A stretch of 64,000 nucleotides of DNA, from assembly GCA_964016885.1 (NCBI GenBank), contig OZ024741.1:285324001-285388000 (forward strand). The letters are read 5' to 3'. The translations under genes were made by a program, and so were the position numbers. Under the pieces are notes generated by a model. That model did no database searches, was not told where the DNA came from, and saw only the letters and a program-made list of their open reading frames with translations. Positions 26,063 to 38,624 of this stretch are shown piece by piece; position 1 is the first letter of the stretch, and each line of letters begins with the position of its first letter. Source of the stretch: Eledone cirrhosa. Its lineage: Eukaryota.

Positions 26063-26210
26063 ATAATTGTTTCTATTTTTGGCACAAGGCCAGCAATTAC
26101 CCAGTACATTACTGGTACTGTATTTTATCGACCCCGTAAGGATGAAAGGCAAAGTTAACCTCGACGGGATTTGAACTCAAACCGTAAAGGGATGTAACTA
26201 TGCTATGTTC
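26063..26210 (-). mobile_element. SINE family A (5'-truncated)
   Basis: Reverse complement of the consensus; ~47 nt from the exon donor. Confidence 0.85.
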
Positions 26211-26256
26211 ATGTACTTTACCTCATTGTTAGTAAATAAATAAATATGATATTTAC

Positions 26257-26366
26257 CTGTTGTACATTAGTATATCAGGCTTCCACAGTTTTTTCGGTGG
26301 CAATCGAATAAGCGTTATATTTCCAAACTCTTCAGGGTCCCAAACCAAATTTGTATCGTTCCATAT
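26257..26366 (-). CDS. CHRNA7: Nicotinic acetylcholine receptor alpha7-like subunit, internal exon (110 nt; [37 protein letters not shown], loop A)
   Basis: Cys-loop receptor motif [10 protein letters not shown]. Acceptor acag|ATA and donor AACAG|gtaaat on the minus strand. 110 nt matches the conserved nAChR exon length, and the phase-2 end joins the 7413 exon as AG|T (Ser). The symbol means alpha7-like, not proven orthology. Confidence 0.93.
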
Positions 26367-26614
26367 CTGTGGTGTAAAGAAATAAAGTGAGTGCAATAAG
26401 AACATGAGAAGTATCAGTAATAATAGATTTTTTCTAATATTGGTGGCAATTTGGGGGAAGTTTGGGAGGGTTATAATATATACGTGTGGAGAAAAGGGAA
26501 CTGAGGACACTAGGGGCCTCGATGGTGACGGGAACGAAATAGAAACGTTCAATCGCGTTCGAGTAATTAGTATCATTCCTTCATGTGTCATGGGCGGCTG
26601 GGTCCGGCTTTGTG

Positions 26615-26686
<72 letters not shown>

Positions 26687-26805
26687 ATGTATTTATATAT
26701 GTATGTGTGTGTGCAATGAATCGCATTGCCCAGTAAAAAGCTGGAGGAGATAGATACGTTTGTCTATTCGTCCAACGTATTTCATTCTTTTCGTAAGCAA
26801 CTTTG

Positions 26806-26880
<75 letters not shown>

Positions 26881-29265
26881 ATGGATTTATAAACGTTTCG
26901 TTAGACTAACAAGTATCAATATTCTTTCGAGTAAGAATAACTCCACAGAATCAATCAAAATCAAATCAATACCTTATATGTTTTAAAGTCCTCCTGGGAG
27001 TAAATAACAGACTGAAGAATATATACAATAGTATTCAAATATTGTAGGAAAAACGTATCAATTTATGGAAGCCTAAAGACCTAATGAAAAATATATAAAT
27101 GTTCAAATAATATAATTCAGTAACTATAGATATTTTAGTAACTGAAATATATTGATATAAAATATACCATGCATTAAAATAGAGTTAGAAATATACTAAT
27201 AGGAATTGTAAGGTCTGTTATCCTTTAGAAGATTAAGTTATAAAAATAACACTAATAGAATATGATAAGAGGACATTAAACACGTATGGAAGCATACATC
27301 GACAAATAAACTTCAAATAACTAAACATCGTTACGTAGGTGAAAAATTATTTTAAGAATAAAACCGTGATTATAACATAGAATGTTTTTAATTTTAGGAG
27401 AAGACGAGTATTTCTTTAAAGTAGGAGTGAAATTCAATTGTATCAAACCCTGTACTGAACTGCTATTTTATTATATTGATGTCGGAAGGATGAAAGGCAA
27501 AGTTGACCTTGGCAGGATGTTAACTCAAAGTTGACTCACGCAGGATGTTAACCCAGAACGTGTATCAATAACGGTATCAATATCTCCGAAAGAAACAGAC
27601 CAATAACCCCAACAACAGTAGTAATACCATCGACATCACCACTCTAACAGCCTCCACTACCAACAACATCAACAGCATAACTGAATCTATTCATCTGAAA
27701 GGTAGGTTAGTAGTTATCACATTGATAAAAACAACAACAAAAACAAACGTTGAATAAACGATACAAAAGAATCACTTTTCTGTTGTTCCAGAAGTTCCAT
27801 AATATCATTGACTGTTTGGTTAGATGACAGAACCTCTTTATGATGACTACTCTTCAAATGGGGTCCAAACTTCTCTTTGACTAGCTTTTTCAACCATAAT
27901 AACAAACAAGTAAGTAGCCAACAACAACAAATAAAAAGAACTGAAACAGGCAACTAGACGACATTAGCATAACCGTATTATCTGTTATCAGAACATTATA
28001 TCATCATGTTATAGAGTAAGGGACAAGGTGTTTCCTAAAGACCTAAGTTTACTGGATTATATGAGAAAACTGCATAGACCCATCATCAATACCAACAAAT
28101 TATCAGCCAACGGGGCTAAAAGGTGTCTTCTTCATCGAACATAACAATACTTTTATCATCGTTATCATCAAATATCATCAATTTTTTATGCTATTTTCAT
28201 ATTTTTCATTTCTATATTGATTTCCTTTTGTTTTTGTTTCTGTAAGTTTCAAATATTGAATAATGAGCCTCAAGGTTAATTGAAAAATTTTAATAAAATA
28301 TAAACTAAAAATTATATCTCTTGACTGTATGTTGTATTTTATTAATGTTTTCTTTTCTTTAATATCTGCCATTGTGAAATATTTCACCTTCTTTCTCTAT
28401 CTTTCACTTGAATAATAATTATTGTTTATTTTTTATTCTGTTTCATGTTTTATTTTTCAACTCCCTTCCCTTCTCTCACTACTACCCCCCCCCCCCTGCA
28501 TCAGCAATGACTAGAAATAGTCTATCAGACGTTTATGACATTTAACATAAAAACACTTAAAACTTTATTTGGAAATCCTATGTATTAGAGTAATTAATGT
28601 GTATAGATTAGTTTCTTGTTTGATTGGAAATATGAGGATAATGGTAATTATTATTATGTCGGTAAAGATGATGATGATGATGATGAGAGTAATAGTCATT
28701 GATTTCTTACATATGAAAAAAGTCAGATTTTAAAAATATATTTTATATAATCGATATCACTCCTTGACTGGAACTTATATTATCGACTCGGAAAAATGAA
28801 AACTTAAGTCAAAACCGGTACTTAAAGATGTTGATTAGGATGTAGCCAGAGAAGAAAACTCGGTTCTTCAATATTTTAAATGTAACCACGATACGACTAC
28901 CATTACTTTAGCAAAAAGGTAGAAGAACCTTAGATACCCATTCTTACTCAACAAAGAAGACAGGCAGAACATTAAACTCGGCTGGTATACGGATCCATCT
29001 CACACATGATAATTACAGATTGACATAAGTTCACAAGTTGTGATATACGAACACTGAATGTGTGTAAGTAAGGCAGTTTCATACACCAGCGTGTTGCACG
29101 TCTAACTATGGCCACATGCATTTCCATACTTGGAAGACATACCTTAAACAGTCAGACTAAATCCATTAAGAAGTGGCCAATGATTTCCATGGCATGAAAG
29201 TCCTTCAGTACAGATTGCTCAGACATTTCTCATCGACGCCAGGTATTGTTTCCTTACATCACTAT

Positions 29266-29453
29266 GTGGATTGGCAATATCGGTAGAGGGTCTGACGCCA
29301 TGCTTTGCAGCAAAGAGTTACGGCCCTTTATGGTCTGAGTTCAAATCCCGCCGAGGTTAACTTTGCCTTTCATCCTTATGGGGTCGATAACATAAAGTAC
29401 CAGTAATACACTGGGATAATTGCTGGCCTTGTGCCAAAAGTAGAAACAACTAT
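29266..29453 (+). mobile_element. SINE family A
   Basis: Same consensus as 14010. Confidence 0.88.
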
Positions 29454-29698
29454 TAAATGCGAAGGTTGAATATAAACTACCAGCATTTGTCATTTGGTGA
29501 AAAATAGTCATGCTGCATCTAAATAGGGGAGATACTTATAGTTGTGAAAACCTCTTAAGCAATATTAACGATACAAATTTCAACTTTCGTCGAATAAATT
29601 TATGAAATACAGTGTTCATTCACGAAGCTTCAATGTTTATTTCCCGCTCAGTTACGAAAAATTGATGATGTTGAAGAGGATGTTGATAATATTAATAA

Positions 29699-30625
29699 CT
29701 AGCAGTGGTATCCGGCGTTGCATGGGATAAGGTATTTTGGAACGCGGGCCGCCAACAGACCTAATCGTGGAAAAACTGCATGCCCGGACAATATGTAAAG
29801 AAAATAAACCGAATACTTTGATGGCTTGATAATCATTAAGATTTTACTCGATGAAGCAGGGAAAATGCAGGTTTTCACCTAATGCAGGCCCTAGGGGATC
29901 AAGAAAATGGATTTTTTAATGTGCATAATATGCCTTGAAATTTCGGGTAAATCGGCTAGACATAACGCCTCAAAAAAGCGCTAAAAAGGTGAAAAAATGA
30001 AGGTTTTCACCTAATGCGGGCCCTAGGCCATACAAAAGTTGGATTTTTTTGCTCACGGTATGAAGAAGAGACTGACTAATACATAGTTACAATTTCAAGG
30101 AAATCAGTCTGACGTAACGACTCAACCCCCCCCCCCCAACCCCCACCTGAAAAAACAAAGTTTTTCAAATAATGCGGTCCCTAGGGAATCACAAAATTTG
30201 AATTTTTCATGTGCATAACACTCCCTGAAACATAAATAATACACATCTAAAGTTTGAAAAAAGTCGGTTGGGTACTTCTCGAGTTTTGGGGATTCAAACT
30301 CACAGACACACACACAGATAGACATCCTCAGGGAAGTGACGTAATGCAGACAGCCAGACATACAGACATATATTATAAGGGCGCGACGTTATATGTATGT
30401 ATCTATCTAAAAAGAGAAAGACTAAGAATTATAGAGAGAGATCGCTAAATCGGCTAATGTGGTCCCTAGGGCATTGAAAATTTGAAATTTTTTTGGCTCA
30501 GAACACTTCCTGAAACATTGTAAACACGTGTAAAGTTTGAAAAAACTCGGTTGGGTGGTTCTCTAGTTTTAGGGATTCAAACTCACACACACACAGACAG
30601 ACATCCTCAGTTTTATATATATAGA
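29699..30625 (-). mobile_element. Non-autonomous Helitron-like element
   Basis: Minus strand starts TCTATATATATAAAA followed by a GTCT/GT repeat and ends ...GCAACGCCGGATACCACTG CTAG|T. Internal repeats of CTAATGC.G.CCCTAGG. Confidence 0.6.
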
Positions 30626-31139
30626 CTAGCAGAAAACCACCTGGTGGGCGGTTTTCTGCTAGCAAATCTAGTGTATATACTGATATTATTGAGATTTGGA
30701 TGAGAAATGTTTTCGGCACCACATGTTCACCGTCTCTCGGTGTGTCTTTTATGCATGTATAAATATATATGTTATCTATACGGTGAAATCTTTGAAATAA
30801 ATATATGTTAAAACGAAAAAGGAGAAAAAGAGATTAGTGACGGAAATATAAACGTTATGATACATAAACGTTATGATATAACGATGGAAATATAGAAACG
30901 TTTACGATAAAACGATGGAAATAGAAACGTTTATATATAATGATAAGCCGAAACACTCGTAAGCCGAAACACTCGTAAGTCGAAACACTCGTAAAGCGAA
31001 ACGTATAAATAAAGATTAATGTAATGAATTTGAAAAGCATAGAGATTTGAAACCGCGTCTATTTGTTTCCATGGCATTTTTTACAGACGGACAGACAGAC
31101 AAACAAACAGAGAAATGCCCATTATATATTATAAGTAGA
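30626..31139 (-). mobile_element. Second Helitron-like element abutting the first
   Basis: 5' TCTACTTATAATATATA plus (GTCT/GTTT)n; 3' hairpin CTAGCAGAAAACC...GGTTTTCTGCTAG. Confidence 0.45.
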
Positions 31140-31406
31140 CTTGGCATGGTGTCAAGTCAGAACCGCCTCGAACTGGTTACTTCTGGCTTGTGCAAGGTGT
31201 CTCTATAGCAACCAGCGATTCCCTCGGCCTCAGTGACCAAAGTCAGTGGAGAGGGGAAGGTAATGTTTCTATAGAGACAGTGTTTCTCTTGGTTGTACCA
31301 AAGTGGAGAAAGGAAGGGGAAGGTAATATTTCTGTAGCACCTACATTTGAGTTTTAGGGAAGGGCAGACAGACAGACAGACAAACAGAGAAATGCCAATA
31401 TATTTC

Positions 31407-31453
<47 letters not shown>

Positions 31454-31689
31454 CACACACAGAAATGTATATATATTTCTGTGTGTGTATATATATTACA
31501 CACACAGAAATGTATATATATTTCTGTGTGTATATATATATATTACACACACAAAAATGTATATATATTTCTTAGAACAAAATTATTATTAATGTTTTGC
31601 TGTTCATAACAATTGGAATTGAAAAATTACTTTTGAAATTATTAGTTATTTTACTAATGCTTAGATATGTAAAAATGAAGCAATGTTTC

Positions 31690-31883
31690 TAATAATTGTT
31701 TCTACTTTTGGCACAAGGCCAGCAATTACCCAGTACATTACTGGTACTTTATTTTATCGACCCCGTGAGGATGAAAGGCAAAGTTAACCTCGGCGGTATT
31801 TGAACTCAGACCGTAAAGGGACGTAACTCCATGCTATGAAGCATGGTGTCCGACTCTCTACAGATACTGCCAATCCACCGCCC
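31690..31883 (-). mobile_element. SINE family A
   Basis: Full-length reverse copy. Confidence 0.88.
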
Positions 31884-32076
31884 TAATGTCTGTACGTAAT
31901 GAGGGAGTGAGAGGGGAGAGAAAGAAAGGCAGAGGTGAAGTGACGAAGTGACTCTCTCCACCTCCTCCTCCTCCATCTCCCCATTCGTCACAGCGATAAA
32001 GGGGAGGAATGTTAGTGTGTTACAAAGAGAAATAGTGAGAGTGAGAGAAACAGACAGACTAAAAGAGAGGGATAGC

Positions 32077-32122
<46 letters not shown>

Positions 32123-32199
32123 TAGCAACCACGCGCGCACGTGTTTCCACTGTCGGACAGACAGACAGAGAAATTGCTGGTTATATATCATAAGGAGAT

Positions 32200-32411
32200 A
32201 ATGATTTCTAGTATAGGCACAAGGCCAGTAATTTGGGGAAGAGGAAAGTCGATTAAATCGACTCCAGTATGTTACTGGTGCTTTATTTTATCGATCCCGT
32301 AAGAATGAAAGGCAAAGTTAACCTCGGTGGGATTTGAACTCAGATCATAAAGGGCCGTAACTCTATGCTACAAAGCATGGTGACCGACCCTCTATCGATA
32401 GTGCCAATCCA
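32200..32411 (-). mobile_element. SINE family A (variant tail)
   Basis: Reverse copy with an extra GGAGTCGATTTAATCGAC segment. Confidence 0.82.
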
Positions 32412-32760
32412 ATAATAATGTTTATGCACCAAACAGGGAACCCCACCCATTCTCATCGATATCCTAATCATCTTCAACTTCAAATATCTCTCTCTCCACC
32501 GTCGCTGCTAAAGTCAACCAACCGCCGACTCGTAATACACACACAACGATGACGACGATGAGCCCCACCACCACCACAAAAACCAGCACTTTCAACAGCA
32601 GCACCACACCACATGATTATAACTTGTATGTATGCATGGATCCTTAAAACCTGAAAGAATGTCTTGGGAACATTTTGAATGTGGCGGAGCCCATTCCCTT
32701 TTCTGGTCGGAACATAACCGATTTATTTCAGTGAGAGGGAGATAGGTAGGGTGTGTGTGT

Positions 32761-32818
<58 letters not shown>

Positions 32819-33006
32819 CAGAGAGATATATATATATATAGAGAGAGAGATAGGGATAGATAGAGAGAGAGAGAGAGAGGGGGAGAGAGATATATATATA
32901 TAGAGAGAGATAGAGATAGAGAAAGAGTGAGAGTGAGAGAGAGAGATAGAGAGAGAGATATATAGAGAGATATATATATATAGAGAGAGAGATAGGGATA
33001 GATAGT

Positions 33007-33050
<44 letters not shown>

Positions 33051-33159
33051 GAGAGAGAGGGAGAGAAATATATAGAGAGATATAGAGAGAGATAGAGAGA
33101 GATACGAACAGAATGTCGAACAACATTCTGTCCGACCTTCTAACGAATCTTCCAATTCG

Positions 33160-33351
33160 CCGTGGTGGATTGGCAGTATCGGCAGAGAGTCTGACGCCAT
33201 GCTTTCCAGCATAGAGTTACGTCCCTTTACGGACTGAGTTCAAATTCCGCCGAGGTTAACTTTGCCTTTCATCCTTACGAGGTCGATAGAATAAAGTATC
33301 AGTAATGCACTGGAATAATTGCTGGCCTTGAGCCAAAAGGAGAAACAATTA
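33160..33351 (+). mobile_element. SINE family A
   Basis: Same consensus. Confidence 0.88.
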
Positions 33352-33667
33352 TACTCTACTCGGTGACCCGGTCATCTCTACGACCACATATCCCTAAACT
33401 GCCACAAGTGGTCAATTAACCTTGGAAGGAAAAACGATAAAGATGGGTGGAGGGGAGAAGAAAAGATGTAGAAAATGAAGTAGAAACGATGAGTTTAATT
33501 ACACCCATAAAACATTCCTGTGATAGATAAAAACTGAAAAATCAATACGTAAAATCGAGTTAAAAAAACTATTAATGATAGAGAAATATAAACAAACAAA
33601 ATTACATGAATGATAATTCGTCTTTGGGAAAATTTATATCAAAATAAATAGCAACAATTAGAACAAA

Positions 33668-33671
33668 TCAC

Positions 33672-33703
<32 letters not shown>

Positions 33704-33898
33704 CCATCATCGTCAGCATCATCATCATCATCATCATCATCATCGTCATCGTCATCATTGTCATCATCATTCTCATCGTCGTCCTCGTCGTCGTCGTCGT
33801 CGTCATCATCATCATCATCATCATCTTCGTCCTCGTCGTCATCGTCGTCGTCGTCATCATCATCATCATCATCATCTTCGTCCTCGTCGTCATCGTCG

Positions 33899-33930
<32 letters not shown>

Positions 33931-33950
33931 GTCGTCATCGACATCCTCAT
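33668..33950 (+). repeat. (CAT)n/(CGT)n compound microsatellite
   Basis: Direct reading. Confidence 0.95.
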
Positions 33951-34305
33951 CAGGATATTTTTGCCGATGTAATCGCTAATACAACTCTCCTACAAAACTG
34001 ACCTTCCACCTAGGTGAGAAATTTAGCATGTGATCTGCTGTTTCCAATTTCACATCACAACGGGATTCACCTTCAATGGTTTCAAAAATAGTAATTATCA
34101 AAAATTAATGCCATTAATAACAATAATGACCAATAATATAGTAAATATTCGATATATTATGTCCTTCCCATTAATTGGGGTGCGAAGAAATTATTAACGT
34201 CGTGTGAATAATCAATCATACTAATGTTAGTAAATCTATTTAAAAGTCCCTGTACAATAGAAAATATTTGCTGTGCCTACTCAAAATAAATAATTAAAAT
34301 TGACA

Positions 34306-34337
<32 letters not shown>

Positions 34338-34341
34338 GACA

Positions 34342-34408
<67 letters not shown>

Positions 34409-34421
34409 TTATATATCTATC
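34306..34421 (+). repeat. (TCTA)n microsatellite at the head of the LINE array
   Basis: Direct reading. Confidence 0.95.
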
Positions 34422-34423
34422 TG

Positions 34424-35867
34424 AAGTTGCTCGGGGTCTGGTTCGGATCAGACCTCCAGGTGGAGAAGAACTGGGGTGAGGTAACGAACAGGGGGTTTGC
34501 ACTGAACCAGAAGTGGGCCGAGTGCAAACTGTCCCTGAAAGGTCGGGCGGAGCTGGCGAACACTTATATAGCGTCCGTCATCTACTACCGCCTGACCGTT
34601 GTGCCTTGCCCAAGGGAAACGCTCGCCAAAATGGAGCGCGCACTCTTCCAATTCCTTTGGAAGAAGCGGGCTCCTATGGTGAGGAGATCCATCTGTTGTC
34701 AACACCCTTCGAAAGGAGGGCTGGGGATGCCGTGGCTAATGATACGTAAACACGCATTAAGGCTACGGCACCTCCAGGTATTCCTCTCCGGTCAACCGGT
34801 GTGGGCCCCGTTTGTGAGGCGAGCCCTTCCCAGACTCGTCTCACTCACCGAGCTGCAATCCTGGGTCAAGCAAAGACCGAGAAAACTGGGCGCCTGGCAC
34901 ACCGAGTGTGCCCAGGCGCTCACGGCTCTCTGGCAGGCGGACCCGACTGTCAGTGCAGAATCCACCTCGTCATTCTATAGAGGGCTGGTTAGCAGGTGCG
35001 ACGACGCCCTCAGAGAAGCCCCAGGCATGGAGGAAGACGAACTGGCCAACCTGTTCGGTAGGACATTCAGCCCGGGACCCATGGATAACTTCCAGAGGTC
35101 TCTGGCCTGGCAGTGCTACAGAAGGGCTCTGCCCGTTCGAGAAAGGCTCTACAGACACGGGCCCCCGGGTAGGGATCCCTCGAAAAAGATCTGTCCCAGA
35201 TGCGTGTGCGACGAGGAAACCGTTGCACACGCATTGGTACACTGCTCGGGCATTGCTGATCTGTGGGGCTATGTCGAACAACTGCTGTCAAGGGTGGGAC
35301 CGATCCGGTTGACCACCGAGTCTATTGTAACGATCAAGCCGCCTCCCCTCTTCAAAAATGAAGGAGAGGCGGTGTTTCTGTGCGTAATAGCCATGGCGAA
35401 AGAGGTTGTATGGTGGACGCGTCTGAAAGGACTGAGGTCAGACACCTTTCTCTCTGGCCAACAACTGGTCCGTTTCTTCCGATATCATTTCGGAAGAAGG
35501 ATCAGGATGGAGAGAGAGGTGCTGCACCCCAGCCGTTTTTATGAAAGATGGGTGAAAGTGGCGAGAATGGCCCGTGTGAATGGGCCTTCACTCTACATCA
35601 GACTATAGGTGAGGAAGATGAAAGACCAAGGCAGCACCCCTTTCGGTGCTCCTGAGGAAAAGGGTTGCACACATTTTTTCGGGGGTGTGTGCGACCCCCA
35701 AGGCGCCTCCTCTCTATTGAGGATTTTGTTATATATTTTATTCTGTTATATTTTATTTTATTTTTATATTTTGTTATTGCCTCCTCCTTATTGAGGACAC
35801 CTTGTTTTGTAAACTCCCCCAATTGTACTTGTCCCACTTTTGATGTCCTGGTGGCAAATAAAAGAAA
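34424..35867 (+). mobile_element. 5'-truncated Tx1-like copy (ORF2 C-terminal 393 aa + 3'UTR)
   Basis: Highly similar to the ORF2 C-terminus; begins immediately after (TCTA)n. Confidence 0.9.
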
Positions 35868-35886
35868 CATATCTATATATCTATCT

Positions 35887-36423
35887 ATCCAGTTGACCAC
35901 CGAGTCCATTGTCCTGATCAAACCACCACCCTCCTTCAAAAACGAGGGAGAGGCGGTTTTCCTATGTATTATGGCTATGGTAAAAGAGGTTATTTGGTGG
36001 ACGAGGTTAAAAGGGCTGAGGTCAGACACCTTTCTCTTCAGTGAGCAACTGATTCGTTTTTTCAAATATCATTTTGGAAGAAGAATCAGGATGGAGAGAG
36101 AGGTGCTGTACCCCAGCACATTTTATAAAAGGTGGGTGAATGTGGCAAAGATGGCCCGAGTGGTTGGGCCTTCTCTCTACATAAGCCTGTAGGTTGAGGA
36201 AAAAGAGGAAGTGAGGAAGGGAGTACTCACTCTTGGTGCTCCTGGAGATGAGGGTTGTACATTTGTTCGGGGTGTGTACAACCCCTGTGTAACGCATCCC
36301 CTCTATTGGGGATTTCAATTGTTATTTGTTATTTTATTAATAGTTTTATTTTCATATACCTGTATGTAAACTCCCCATATGTATTTGTTCCCTTCTTTTG
36401 TGCCCTTGTGGCTAATAAAGAAA
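35887..36423 (+). mobile_element. Short 5'-truncated Tx1-like copy
   Basis: IQLTTESIV...KRWVNVAKMARV plus 3'UTR ending AATAAAGAAA, then (TCTA)n. Confidence 0.88.
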
Positions 36424-36424
36424 T

Positions 36425-36456
<32 letters not shown>

Positions 36457-36689
36457 AATAATCTAGCTGTCGTCTGTTCTACAGTGTGGATGTCATTCAC
36501 TTCGCACAGAAGTTTTGTTCAAATTTATTGAGGAAATTTTGTGAGTTCAAACTTAATTTTGATACAATTGTGTAGCTTGACCCTCCGTCTGAACTGTCAG
36601 GCGGTGGGTCAGCTCATCTTTACCCCTCCTAGAGGTGAAAAACCTGTTTTAAAAAATTTTGTGTAAAAAATTTCAATCGTCTAACAGAA

Positions 36690-38591
36690 ATGTTAAACGC
36701 AGCGAACGAAAATAGTGGTGGGGGGACAGCGGTAAGAGTTGTAAGCTCGCACGCTTTAGTCCTCCCTTCCTTCCCAACTAACGTCATAGAGAAGGAAGGA
36801 AAATTTAAAATAAAAACGGACGAATCTGCGGAGAAAAAATTAAATGACGAAAACATAAATCTGGACTTGGATTCCAACAACGAAAAAAAAAAATTTGAAA
36901 AATTGCATGACAATACTAATAACACAAACAAAGACACAACAAACGAAAAAATAACAGTTGAAAATAACACCATATCAGAAAACAAAGCAGACGACAAGAT
37001 TTCATTTGCACAGAAAACAAAGAAATCTTTGACTTATATAGCGGAAAACATTTCAGATGTGGTACGAAGGATCACGGACGCCAAACAATACATAAGTGAA
37101 GGTGAGAATGGTATTTTATCGGTAAAAATGCCTCAAGAATTCACGAAAGACATTGAAAGCCGAACGGTCAAGTTTCGGACCATCAACAACAGTACAAAAA
37201 AACCTGAACAGCCTTCTCAAGCAGATATCAAAACAGTACTCACAGAAGTACTGAATGAAACAACTTTCATAAGAAAAGACAGACTGTATGGAAGCCTAGC
37301 AATTATCATGAAGAACGAATCGGCGGCAAAAAAATGTGCTTTGTCACCGATTCGTTCGAAAAATTTCACCTTTTATCCATCTTATATGGGGAAAAGAACT
37401 CAACGCATATGGCTGGATGCAATGATGCCAGATGTGGACTACTGCTGGCTCATAGCTGGTTTCATCGATCCAGTGAATGACAACGTGATTTCCATTGGGA
37501 AAACCACAGGCAATGCGTTCAGTGGAACAGGTATAGAGCTAGTAGTACAAATGAAGCCTGAACGCATCGCCCAAATACCCGACAGAATCCTATTAGAGGA
37601 CCACGGGTATATAAACATTAGCGTGGAGGGGAGAAGGCCGTCCTGCCATATCTGTGCAGGCAGAGGGCACCTGAAGGCCGCTTGTCCCCAACTCAACAAA
37701 AAGAAAACCCTGCTACCAACACCAGCTCCACCACCACCACCACAACAGATAAACAAACAACAAAACTCAGTCCCACCCAACCCGTCCCTCAGTAAAACCA
37801 CAACACCACCACAACACAAACAGTCACAACACATTACCCCAAAACAAAATACAGGCCCACCCAACCTCTCACTCAATAAAACAACACAACCACCGCAGAC
37901 ACAACACACAACACAGTCTAACATAGTGACATCCATCTCCCCCACAAAGAAAACCAACACGGAAACATTACCAGCAAACATACCTCTTCCCTCCAACACT
38001 GAAGATAACCCAACGAATTCGGAGGAAGAAACGGAGTCCTTCAGACAGATTAAAAGGAAAAAAAGAAAACATGTGCAAAACACACAAGGACAAACAACTC
38101 CCACCCAAATCGCAACACAATCCAACAAAACAGAAAACACCCCTCCAGCAACAAACAAAACCAAACCTGCCCCTCCCCTCTTCGAAACACTCACACCATC
38201 GGAAAAAAAGACATTACACTATACTTACATCAACAGAAACAACAATAAATTAAATGAACTCATATACAATAATCCTTCGGTACAAACCGAAGGTGTAAAC
38301 TTTGTTTCGTCAGAAAACCACCCACATTTAAAACTAATAAAAATCCCAATGAACCTCTACCAAAAACTAAAAAAGGATTTTAAGGAGGACGTAGGACCAC
38401 CCTCTGTCAAACCCATAAACCGCGTCCTACTAAAAAGATTTCCCCCTCCCCTTCCCCTCCCCAACACAACTCCAAACACCCTAACCCCACCACACACTGA
38501 CGACCCCACACCACCACAAGACACCCCTTCACCCAACACCCCCGACCCCATGGAAGTCGTGCAACCCGAACCCCGGGAAGGGGAAAGGTAG
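36690..38591 (+). CDS. LINE ORF1 (gag-like, CCHC zinc knuckle, P/T/Q-rich linker)
   Basis: CHICAGRGHLKAAC (CX2CX4HX4C); lies directly upstream of ORF2. Confidence 0.88.
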   Translation: MLNAANENSGGGTAVRVVSSHALVLPSFPTNVIEKEGKFKIKTDESAEKKLNDENINLDLDSNNEKKKFEKLHDNTNNTNKDTTNEKITVENNTISENKADDKISFAQKTKKSLTYIAENISDVVRRITDAKQYISEGENGILSVKMPQEFTKDIESRTVKFRTINNSTKKPEQPSQADIKTVLTEVLNETTFIRKDRLYGSLAIIMKNESAAKKCALSPIRSKNFTFYPSYMGKRTQRIWLDAMMPDVDYCWLIAGFIDPVNDNVISIGKTTGNAFSGTGIELVVQMKPERIAQIPDRILLEDHGYINISVEGRRPSCHICAGRGHLKAACPQLNKKKTLLPTPAPPPPPQQINKQQNSVPPNPSLSKTTTPPQHKQSQHITPKQNTGPPNLSLNKTTQPPQTQHTTQSNIVTSISPTKKTNTETLPANIPLPSNTEDNPTNSEEETESFRQIKRKKRKHVQNTQGQTTPTQIATQSNKTENTPPATNKTKPAPPLFETLTPSEKKTLHYTYINRNNNKLNELIYNNPSVQTEGVNFVSSENHPHLKLIKIPMNLYQKLKKDFKEDVGPPSVKPINRVLLKRFPPPLPLPNTTPNTLTPPHTDDPTPPQDTPSPNTPDPMEVVQPEPREGER

Positions 38592-38624
38592 GTCTCTACA
38601 CTCTCCTTTGGCTCTGCCGCCCAT

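Noticed and set aside
33639-33979. Poly-M/poly-S ORFs
   Set aside because: (CAT)n microsatellite artefacts.
37439-38194. 251-aa minus-strand ORF
   Set aside because: Antisense shadow of the A/C-rich ORF1 linker; no recognisable domain.
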